Assembly (NCBI GenBank): GCA_051294375.1
Contig: CM119268.1
Coordinates: forward strand, 7,836,632-7,900,631
From: Paraspadella gotoi
Taxonomy: Eukaryota > Animalia > Chaetognatha
Length of the DNA stretch: 64,000 nt
Reading direction: 5' to 3'
Below are positions 1 through 12,058 of this stretch, piece after piece. The notes under the pieces are model-generated. The model had not been told where the DNA came from. It ran no database searches and worked only from the letters and a program-made list of their open reading frames with translations. The translations under genes were made by a program, and so were the position numbers. Numbering within the stretch: position 1 is the first letter of the stretch; the number at the start of each line of letters is the position of its first letter.

Positions 1-3
1 CAG

Positions 4-74
4 AGAAAGGAATGCTCTACGAATTTCGTGTCTCAGCTGCCAACAACGTCGATTTCGGGGAAGAAGCCAAAAAG
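4..74 (+). CDS. Lar: Lar exon (FN3): [23 protein letters not shown]
   Basis: cag at 1-3, donor gtaaac at 75; FN3 tyrosine-corner motif; ends phase 0. Confidence 0.85.
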
Positions 75-3000
75 GTAAACGAGGGCGCATATAAATCAAT
101 CAAAACAATCGAATCAATCAAATCAAACAAACTAGTCATTTCCTTAATATCACTTAAATAATTAGGTAAAAACTATCCGCCAAATAAATTAATTAATTAC
201 ATAAAAATGCAATAAATCAACAAATCTCCCTCACTCAAGACGCGCATGACGCCAGACGGCGTTCCGACGGGAGCGCCGACTAACGTCACCGTCTCGGCGG
301 AGACGCCCTCCTCGCTTCGCATCAGTTGGAATCCCCCGTCGGCAGAGCTCTCCAACGGGAGAATCCTTCAGTACACGGTGAGGGGTTCAGTTCGGGGAGT
401 CGCTTGCAGTTCTTTTTTTTTTTTATTATTATTATGTACATTTACATTTGTGTACTTTTACGTGCGTTATGTACGTTTATTTAATACGCACCGAGACCAA
501 AACGACAAGGCGGAAACTTTACAAGTTGAATTTTACAACATTTAATTAGATTATATAAGGAATCTTTTTTTAAATACTCTTAATAGCACAATGTTTTTGT
601 TATTGCTCATGTACTGGAAAGTAAAATTAAAAAAAAAAAAATTGGATTAGGGCCCTCGAAAGGATTATATAAACAAACGTACCAAGCATAAAAAAAGCGC
701 CCAAACCAAGGAAAATAAGTTGAGACGTGATGGAGGAAAAACGTGAAACGTGATACTCACAAAAGTGAATCTGTTTAGGTGCAATTTGGCAAGAGTCGCG
801 ATTCCATTCACGAGGAGGCGGTGAACGTGACGGACACGAGCATCGTCTTGGACAAACTTCTACTCGACACCAACTACGAATTCAAGGTGAGGGGGGCGTT
901 TAGAAATGGGACGGACGGACGGATGGACGGGGAGATGGATATAACGAGATAATTTTCAAATTAAATCAAATTTTTAGCAGTATTTTCAATGATTAATGAT
1001 ATAATTTATTTATCAATTATTTAATTATTTAAAATTGGTGCAACCATTGAAAAAATTATCCATTCAGCTATCCGACTTTGGACCGGCTATAATCGTCTCT
1101 CCATACATAGACATATATATTCCTTTATTAATTCATTTATTTGATTAATTATTTATTCGTTTATTGCACAGGTGAAAGCTCACACCTCGCGTGGCCCGGG
1201 CCCCTGGTCCGAGAAACGGTCCTACTTCACGTCGGCCAAAGGTGAATCCGAATCGAAACGAAGAGAGAAAAAAAAAACAAGAAAACAAAAGCGCAGATCA
1301 GTTTTTTATTTTCATTATTTTTTTTTTTTAATTTTCCAGTCGTCCTCCCCCTTTCTCTTTCCGAAACAAAAACAAAAAAAACCGAGAGAGAGGGACAGAG
1401 AACATTTGTTTTTTTCGCGTCGTCCTCTCTTTTCTATTCTCTTTTCTATTCTCTTTTCTTTTCTATTCTCTTCTCTTTTCTTCCGATCTTTTCCCCTCAG
1501 TTCTGAAAAAAAATTTGACGACGTCGTTGCTTTTTCGTTCACTAGTCCAAAAAAATATCACAATCGCTGTGTTAGATCGTCTTTTTTTTTCCGTAACGAC
1601 GTTAGATTATATCGTGTTATTCGTTTTAAATGTCAGAAAACCAAAAAAAAAGGCTAAAAACCTTCACGCGTAAATAAACAAACAAACGAGAGAATGAAGC
1701 TAAAGTTTTTTTTGTTTTAAATGCACAATTGAACTAAAAAAAAACCTGGCATATCTTCCCCCTCAAATAATATATCAGGCTTTTTTAGGGCTACGAATAC
1801 AACCCGATGATGTCATAGCCTAATAATAAACTCTTTAGCCAAAGCTCGTCTATCTTTTTAACCATATCACGTCAAATTAAAAAAAAAACATAAAAAATTA
1901 AAAAAAAAAAAAACAAAAGACATTTCCATTGATTCCAACTTTTTTCGACATCATTTTAACTCGCGCTTTTTCTTGTCCCCGCTCGATCCGGGTTTCGCAG
2001 ATCCTCCCGCGCCGAGAAACATAAAAGTACGGCGACCTACCCCGGATGTCATGGAAATTCATTGGGAGCCTTTAACCTGGCCCGACCTGCGAGGGTTTCG
2101 AATTTATTACTCGGATCAACCTCGACCGGACGACATGAGTCATTGGCAGGTAAAGCGGTTGTTGTTGTTGTTATTATCGTCGATGTTAAGTCGAAAGCTG
2201 GAACGCGAAGGCTCATTGACGCTTCTTTGGTTGTCTTACGACGCTAATACTCCTTCGTCTGAACTTATAAATTTGTTTTGGTCCTTGATAACAAATGGTT
2301 GAAATTATTCAAGATAGTACATACAACAAGGATATCGCGAATATTGGCAATTCAATTATTTTCCACCTCTTTCTTCTTCTATTTCCCTTTATTTACCCCC
2401 CCTCATGCCCCTTCTCCCCCCCCATACTTCAAACTCTCAACCCCCACAATTTCGTCCACGCCTCTCTCATTCTCTCTACAATCTCCACACACCTCTCCTT
2501 GCCTCCCAGGTGATCGAGGTGGGTCCGGGATCCAGGGCGGAGGTGACCCAACTCGAGCCCCACACCTCCTACGGTCTTCGAATCCAAGCCATCGCGGGCG
2601 ACGGATCGTTGGGGAAGATGTCCGCCGTTCTCGTCTCCAACAGGATTCCCAAAGTAAGTTCGAAGAAGCGGTGGAGGTCGCGTTCATTTTTGGCCGAATA
2701 ATAAAATGGGACTAAGTCTAAAGGTTTTTCAAATGTTAAATTTGTGGGAAACCTTTTGCGTTTTTATTAAAGAATACAATAAGTAATAAAGGACACAATC
2801 TATAATTCATGTTGATATTTTTTTTTTCCTAAAAATAGAGTGACTGCAGTCTCGAAATTTTTTTTGTAAGAATTTTCCAAATATCCTAATATTTATTTAT
2901 GCATCATCATTATCTAGGTTCCTACTGACTTGATTAATGAACCGGAACCGTACGTCGAAAATTAAAAAAGAAAATTTAAAAAAATTCTATTCGATTTTTA

Positions 3001-4594
3001 TCTCCCCTCCTTTCGCCGCCCCCCCCAACCAGCCGAGCCCCGGCGCGCCCCGCAACGTGAGGTTGACAGACGTCTCTTCCCGATCCCTGACCCTCCACTG
3101 GGAACACCCCATCGGGCTCGCGGGCGCGGCCGGTTTGGCCGGACAACCCAAGTACTACAAGATCGAATACGGAAGCCGCGAGAAGAAATTCCGGGACAAT
3201 TTCGATCAGATTCAGAAGGACGTCGACCCGTGGAAGGTAAGGAGCTAAGGGTGAGGGCGAGGTGGGTAGGTGAGTGAAGAAAGGGTAGGGAGGACCTCGA
3301 TGACCAAGATGACCTCGATGACCTAAATGACCTCGATGACCTCGATGACCTAGATGACCTCGATGACCTCGTTGACCTAAATGACCTAGATGACCTAGAT
3401 GACCTCGATGACCTAAATGACCTAGATGTCCTCGATGACCTAGACCTCGATTACCTAGATGACCTCGATGACCTCAATGACCTCGATGACCTAGATGACC
3501 TCAATAACCTCGATGACCTCCATGATGACCTCCACCATCCTCAACACACCCCTTAACCACCGCCCCCACCCATCCCCCCAGTCGATCTCCAACATCAACG
3601 GGGCCCTGACCTCGCGTCGCATCGATGATTTGACGCCGAACACAGAGTACGACTTCAACATCTCTGCCATCACCGACGCGGGGCAGGGACCAGCCTTTCA
3701 CATATCACACATGACAGACATGGACGGTGAGTTTGCATATCTTTTACGTATCACCTGTGATAGATATAGAAAGTGAATGAACAATTTTTTTTCAGATAAC
3801 TCCTTATATGAAAATGTTATTTGAAAGGAAATGTGAATATACCGCCTTGTCACTACGTATATCATGAAGTTTGGAGATTAATTTCACGACGTGAAAAAAA
3901 GTTACGGTTTTAGTTTACAACTCACCAACTATAAAACTTACCTTTTTCCCTTATCCCAACCCCATTACCCTCTTTTTCCTTACCCCTCCCACTCCACACC
4001 TTCAAGCACCCCCGCCGATGGAGGCCCCTTACTTCCACAGTCAGGGCAACGGGTATTCCACCATCCAAGTCGGGCTGCGTCGCGCCTCCGAGAAGCACGG
4101 GCCAATCTCACACTACCTCGTGGTCGTCGTCCCGGAGGAACCACGAAGAGAGCCCGAGCATTACAGAATAAGTGAGACGGATTGATTGATTTGATTGATT
4201 TGATTGATTTGATTGATTTGATTGATTTGATTGATTTGATTGATTTGATTGATTTGATTGATTGAAATGAGATGAAGTAGTTGATTGACCCAGAAATAAA
4301 GAAAATAATAAATAAATTAAAATAATCTCTTGAATTGTTTTCAATTTTAGACCTAATCGAACTTTTCTTTTTTTTTTTTTAAATTACGAAACTTATAAGG
4401 AAAGAATTAGTTATTCGGTTAAAAAGTATTTTTTTCTAATTTACTCGTGAAACATAGATTTAACTTTTATTACCTTATCGAATCATGTTTGAATCGAGAC
4501 AAAACCGAGACAAAACTCACGTACCAATTAATTGGCGTTATTGTGTCTTCGTCTCTTTCATCAAATGTTTTCCCTTCGTTCCCCTCAAACCTCT

Positions 4595-4676
<82 letters not shown>

Positions 4677-7600
4677 CTCTCCTCATCCTCACCTCAGCCG
4701 ATCTCATGACCATTCCACCATCAACGACGCCACCTGGCCCTGGCTCCACCCTTACATCGCTGCCCGCTTCAACTCGGACGATCTGCCCGAAGTCTTCGAT
4801 CTCGGCGACGGGCGGGAATACGCATCCTTCACGAACAAACATCTGAGGAAAGACTTGAAGTATTTCGTCTTTCTGCGGGCGCATTCGATCAAGACGGTGA
4901 GTTTTGGGTGAGGTCGGGGGGAGAGGTAGATGGTGTGGGTATGGAAAGTAAAGGATAGGAATGGGAAGGAAAGGTAAGGAGGGGGAAAAAGAAAAGAAAA
5001 GAAAATGAAAGAAAGGAAAGGAAAGGAAAGGAAAGGAAAGGAAAGGAAAGGAAAGGAAAGGAAAGGAAAGAAGAAGAGGAGGAGAAAGGAAAGAAAGAAA
5101 ATGAAAGAAGGAAAGGAAAGGAAAGGAAAGGAAAGGAGAGAGAGAAAAAAAAGAAAAGGAAAAGAAAGGAAAGGAAAGGAAAGGAAAGGAAAGAAAGAAG
5201 AGGAGGAGAAAAAGAAAAGAAAAGAAAGGAAGGAAGGAAAAGGAAAGGAAAGGAAAGGAAAGGAAAGGAAAGGAAAGGAAAGGAAAGGAAAGGAAAAGGA
5301 GAGGAGGATGAAAAAAAGAAAAGAAAAGAAAATGAAAGGAAGGATGGAAGGGAACGGAAAGGAAAGTAAAGGAAAAGAACGGAAAGTATTTAAAGGAAAT
5401 GAAAAATATGAGGGGAAAAGAAAGAGAAAGAGAAAGAAATATTTCCGACACGGTACCTTAAGCAAAAGTCAATTCTCGACTGCTCAACGACCCTACCTTT
5501 CATACCCTCCTTCTACCCGCAGCACCTCTTCACCTCGTCGCCGTTTTCCGAGGCTCTCGACGTCCACCAAACAGTCTTGGCTCCGGTACTCGATCGATCC
5601 GGTCAGGACAATCTCCTCTGGATCGTCGGCCCAGTCTTGGCCATCGTGCTCATCGTCCTCATCGTCGGCATCGTCCTGCTGTACAGAAGGTAAGGTTATG
5701 TTCCAGTCGAGGTAAGGTTTAAACGATGGACGAGAGACGGTGAATTTAGTGATTCTTTGTGAACAGGGATTTGGATGAATTAGGTTTTGATTAAATTAAA
5801 ACCGGTGGGTTTGACACGATCAGGCTTCCACCAGGGAATAGTAGGATGTGGAATTGTGGATTGTGGAGAGATTGGCCCGCTTATCTTGTTTGCACCTGAA
5901 TCGATTCTTGACATAAATTCGCTCACGAAAATATATAATTTTTGTTGTTTATTGAAGTCGATTTATCTTTTTACCCGCAAAAATGTAATCAGAATAATGT
6001 TTATTTAAATTTTTTCCCTTCGAAACGTCATGCAATTTAGTGATTTTAACTAAACGGCGACAATTCTCATCTATCGCAGGAACAATAATGACGATAAAAG
6101 TAATACAATGTATATTTATGAAAAAGAACAGATAAGGATAAAAAGAATGACGGATTGCTCTGTTAAATTAAAACGACAAGATTACGAACAAGATGTATTT
6201 TTGATATACGTTTTTACAACTCCCATCAGTTTTACTTACAAAGTATCGAATGACAATTAAATATTTAAAACAAAACGGACAAAACGGACTAACTCCGCCC
6301 AAAAAAAACCTGTCTAACAGAGATGCGTCTTCGCCGCTCATAAAAATATGGACGCGGTAAGACGGAGACGTTGCTTCTAGTTACTCGTTTCAATTCGATG
6401 TCGCCATTCGCTTTCAAGATTTCTGTCCGTCTAGGCGTGTTCCGTTTGCTTTGTCTCCGCTTTAAGAATAACGAAGGAAAGAACTGACTCTTTATAAATT
6501 AAATTGACTTGTGAGAAGAGAATAGATAAACTTACCTTTTCTTGACGCTTCATCTTGCAGCCGCCGACGCCACGCCCCCAAGAAAGCGGCGCCCCCAGCG
6601 GGACTCAAGGTCCCAATAGAGATGGCCAACGGGGCTCTGGGCGTCAACGGCAGCTTCAACACCATGGGACCGGGGGGTCAGATCGGAATGCTCACCAACG
6701 GAGGTATACAACTGGAAGGATGGGTTCGAATTTTCTTTTCTATGCCGATGGCGACATTTTCGTTTGTATTTTGTGCCGTGATTTTTTGACATTTTTTTCA
6801 TTTTTAAAATTGAATTAAGAAACGTATTGCTTATTTTTATTTTTTTTTGTAGTGTTCCGTACCTTTTTTAAAAAATACTTGTTACCAGCGTCGGCTTAAA
6901 AGCTTTCCCTTAGTAAAATGTCCAGACCTTTTCGCTCTGTCGCAATCAATGTACTCGGTCTCTCTTCTTTCCAACCGAAAGTCTAAACGCTCCCTTCCTC
7001 TTTGCCTTCTCCTCTTCCCCTTTTTTCGATTCCGCTCGTAACGCAACTTATAAAATCGACGATGTAACGTTTTATTTTTTAACTCTTTTTCTCTAAATCT
7101 TTATATCTAAATAATTTCTTATAAAATAAATAAATAAAATTTACTCCCTGGCAGAACCGTCATATCTCCGCGCTCGAGCTTTGTGCTTTTTGCTCTACTT
7201 AACATTAAATCATTTAATTTTCGTTGGAGACATTTATTTCGTTTTGTTCGCCATAACGTATTTGGTTAATGTGGAGGACGATCGCTCGACGTTTTCCTCC
7301 AGCCTCTCGACTCCCGTTTCTACGTGTGAGTAAAAAATCACACGCAAAAAAATAAAGCCCGCTCCCCCCCCCCGCGAGAAAATAACATATGATAGAGATG
7401 TATATGAATTTTTGAAACCTATAGCCATGAACATTTTATGATTTTTTAATACACCGAATAAACTCATAAACATTTTTTTGAATGCGCCCACACATTTTTT
7501 TTTTTTTTTGAGAAAAGATCAAAGTTCACTTTTAATTATAATGTTTTTTTTCTTACTCAATTGCGGATGATATTAAAAGCTTCATCTTTTTGTTAATTTG

Positions 7601-9885
7601 TAGCTTTTTCGGTATAAGATTTGTACAAAAATAATGGCATATTTGACCGTGGTACTGGTTGAAAAGTGAACCTTATCCTCTATTGTTTTTTCTTTTACCA
7701 CTTTCTTATCCCTCTCTTACTTGTTCCTATTTCCTGTGGCAACTTTCCTAACTTTTCCACGTCTTTCTTACCATCTTATTTCTTATGTTTTCCATCTTCA
7801 ACTTCCTTCTTTCTTTACTCCTCCTCCTCCTCCTCCTCCTCTCTCTCTCCCCCAGGCTCCAAACCCACAGATCCTGTGGAGCTCCGTCGGCTGACCTTCC
7901 AGACTGCGGCGATGGCGCAACATCCCCCGATCCCCGTGGAACGCCTCGCCGACCACATGGACGTCCTCAAGGCGCAGGACAATCTGCAATTCTCGCAGGA
8001 GTACGAGGTTAGTTTCGGAAAAGCGGATGGGTAGCGTCGGACGAGTCCAACTTATGTTGACATGTTTTAGGGTTGCATTTGACATATGACGTTTGACATT
8101 TGACACTTCAACTTATTACATTTTAATTTTTCTTTCCGATTTTATCATGGTTTTATATTAATAAAATAATTAATCTATTATTTTCATATTTTATTGAATT
8201 GTATCGTATTATAATTCATTGTTACTTTAATCAATTTCAGTCCATCGAACCGGGACAACAATTTACTTGGGATCACTCCAACATGGAAGTTAACAAACCA
8301 AAGAACAGGTGAGTCGCCCCTTTAACTCCTCCTAGATGTGAGCTAAGATTTATTTTCGAAGGACTTCTTCTCCAGATACGCCAACGTGATCGCCTACGAT
8401 CACAGCCGGGTCACTTTACCAGATTTGGGTCAACAGGGAAGCGACTACATCAACGCCAATTTCATGGATGGTTACAGGTGAGATCGTTTGACGAGATGGG
8501 GATATGTGATCATTTGGTATTTAATGTCATCATTTTGGAACTTTCCGAGAATTCCTGGGACTCGAGGGAATAGAATAAAATCTTGTCGAATGATTTTGAT
8601 GTAAAAAAATTATAAGAAAAGTATATTATGATACTTCTCAAGTCTCCTACCCTGATAAAAGTAACGAATATTTTGTTGCCCTACTATTTCACTATTAAAA
8701 AACATGGGTCTAATCATGGAATTAATTTTTTTTTAAATTTTCTCTCGCTGCAGGAAAAAAGACGCGTACATCGCGACCCAAGGCCCTCTGCCGGAGACTT
8801 TCGGGGACTTCTGGCGGATGATCTGGAGTCAACGCGCGGCGACCATCGTTATGATGACGAAGCTGGAGGAGAGAACGAGGGTGAGTTTTGGAGGGGGGTG
8901 GTGTGCGGGGAGTGGTGAAAGGTGAGAAGGAAGGGTGAGGTAAAAATGTGATGGCGAAGGTGTTTTCAGTCGCTGGGAGTCAGTAATACCGGAGGCGAAC
9001 AAACTTCGTTGCGATCCGTAAAAGTTTATCAAAAAAAAATAATAATAATTTTTAATTTTGAATGGGAACAATATTGAAATACCCAAACGAGGCCGATTAA
9101 TCAATAAGGGTCGACGTTAGTGACAATAAGTAAGTCTTTTTTCCCGAAATTTCATTATCCCGTCTCCTCTCCTCTCCTTCCTTTTTCTTTTCTTTCTCCA
9201 TTTGCTCCACCCTCCTCTCCTCATTTCTCCCTCCCAACACCGCAGATCAAGTGCGATCAATACTGGCCCTCTCGCGGGACCGAGATCTACTCCGGCATCC
9301 ACGTGACCCAGATAGACGAGCTCTCCCTGGCCCACTACACCATTCGGACTTTCGTGCTGACGAAGGAGGGCCTGGCGCCTGGCAGGGAAGAGAAGCGGGA
9401 GGTCAGGCAGTTTCAGTTCACCGCCTGGCCCGACCACGGTGAGAATATTGACAAATCAATTATTCGTGGAACTGAAGTGTCATTGCGCGGTCGTATTTAA
9501 AAAGGTTTAATGACATCACTTAATTTGTGACGCTCTACTTGATTTTTTGCCGAACACAGTACAGAACTTAAATATTTTATTTTTTATTTCTTAAAACCTG
9601 ATGATAAAAAAAAAGTTTTAATCGTATCCTTTGAATATAAAATAATAAATAACAAATTTAAGCCAATCCCAAATCTCCCCCGAAACCTGCCTTCAGGCGT
9701 CCCCGAACACCCCACGCCTTTCCTCGCCTTCCTCCGCCGCGTCCGCGCCTGCAACCCCCTCGACGCGGGTCCCCCGGTGATCCACTGTTCCGCTGGAGTC
9801 GGTCGCACCGGCTGCTTCATCGTCATCGACGCGATGCTTGAGCGGCTCAAGAACGAGAAGACCGTCGACATTTATGGTGATTGGT

Positions 9886-9955
<70 letters not shown>

Positions 9956-12024
9956 GATTATCTTGACGAAAACCCCCCCCACCCCCCCAACAGGTCACGT
10001 GACGTGCCTGCGCGCGCAACGCAACTACATGGTGCAGACTGAGGATCAGTACATCTTCATCCACGACGCCGTCTACGAGGCCGTCCTCTGCGGCTGCACC
10101 GAAGTCTCCGCGCGCAACTTGTTCGCACACATTCAACGCCTCACTCAGCCCGAACCGGGAGAGACGGTCACCGGAGTCGAGATGGAGTTCAAGGTTGAGT
10201 TGGGAGTGATTCGTTGACGGCGATTGGCTGAGTAGATCTTTTTTTAGTGACCGTCTGAAATTTGTTTGATCGTTTTGATTGACTTAATATACTCACTGTA
10301 ATATTTTATGAGGATGTATATTTATTATTGATTCATGAAATTTTATTCATTCGAAATAGGATCATTTTGTAAGTAACCTACCTTTTCGCGATATTTTTTT
10401 TTTTTTTGGTCTTTAATTAGAGATCAATCAACCCGGGTGGTTTTTAATCTCAATTTTGTCTGTGGAGATTTCGAGAGTTTTCGAAAAAATTATCTTTTAA
10501 TTCGAGGAATCTTTACCTCCATCCATTCCAAAAGACTCTTACGCAAATCGACCTCAACCGTCTCGACCCATACCTCCCACCCACACCCCTCTTAACAGCG
10601 TCTGGCGTCGGTGAAGGCGCAGTCGAACCACTTCATCTCGGCCAACCTCCCCGTCAACAAATTCAAGAATCGCCTCGTCAACATCCTACCCTTCGAGTCG
10701 ACGCGCGTCTGCCTGCATCCCATCAGGGGAGTCGAGGGCTCCGACTACATCAACGCATCCTTCATCGACGTGAGTGTGGCTGGGGCTGGAGTTTGGGGGA
10801 TGGAGAAGGGATGGAGAAGTGTCGTCGAATCGATAGTTGGTCATGATCATCGCTGTCCTCGTCATAGTCTAGGTTATACTGTTTCGAAGTTGTCAAATTG
10901 TACGAAGAAATTGTTACCTTAATGAATTTTACAAATTGATACTTAAAAAATTGTATTGGGTCACGTATACGTAAGTGCATTTTTTATTGAAATTTTCTTA
11001 TTCAAAATATTTTGGATGTATAATTTGTACATTATACATGACACGGTCGACTTATGAATGGGGGACGAATCCAAGACAATTGCACGGTACAAATTCTTTT
11101 AAGTCCATTTTGTTTTCTCTCAGGGTTATCGATATCGCAATGCCTACATTGCTACCCAAGGCCCTCTTCAAGAGACGACAGAAGACTTTTGGCGGATGCT
11201 TTGGGAACATAATTCCACAATCGTTGTGATGCTAACGAAACTGAGGGAAATGGGCAGGTGGGTGCGAGCGGACGGGGATAGTCGCGTGGCTTGGGCAGAG
11301 ATAAGGGAAGGAAGTAATAAAAGTATCAATTTCTCGGGTTAAACTTAAGCAAGTGTCATAAAACTTATGTTATTTTTTTGTCAACATTTCCAGAGAGAAG
11401 TGTCACGAGTNNNNNNNNNNCCTAATTCAGCAAGTGCCATAAAATTACAACTTACGTTATTTTTCTGTCAACATTTCCAGGGAGAAGTGTCACGAGTATT
11501 GGCCGACTGAGAGATCCGCGCCGCCCCCACCAGAGAGAGATAATCAAGCACAACTTGCACGGTACAATTCTTTTAAGTCCATTTTGTTTTCTCTCAGGGT
11601 TATCGATTATCGCAATGCCTACATTGCTACCCAAGGCCCTCTTCAAGAGACGACAGAAGACTTTTGGCGGATGCTTTGGGAACATAATTCCACAATCGTT
11701 GTGATGCTAACGAAACTGAGGGAAATGGGCAGGTGGGTGCGAGCGGACGGGGATAGTCGGGTGGCTTGGGCAGAGATAAGGGAAGGAAAGAAATAAACTA
11801 TAAAAGTTATCCACTTTCTCGGGTTAAACCTAATTCAGCAAGTGCCATAAAATTACAACTTACGTATTTTTTCTGTCAACATTTCCAGGAGAAGGTGTCA
11901 CCAGAGTAGGCCGACTGAGAGATCGCGCGCGGTATCAGTACTTCTCGTCGTGACCCTCTCAACGAGTACAACATGCCGCATATACATCGTACGGGAGTTC
12001 AGGGTCACCGAGCCAGGGTGAGTA

Positions 12025-12058
<34 letters not shown>

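Noticed and set aside
3291-3531. Repeat arrays as CRISPR-like loci
   Set aside because: There are no unique spacers and no cas genes, and the context is a eukaryotic intron
4585-5715. Long ORFs rich in KERKG or FPFLS
   Set aside because: They are translations of the (GGAAA)n microsatellite inside a Lar intron
6080-6099. AG...GT-bounded 20-nt segment after the TM exon
   Set aside because: Not a multiple of 3, weak donor, and AT-rich
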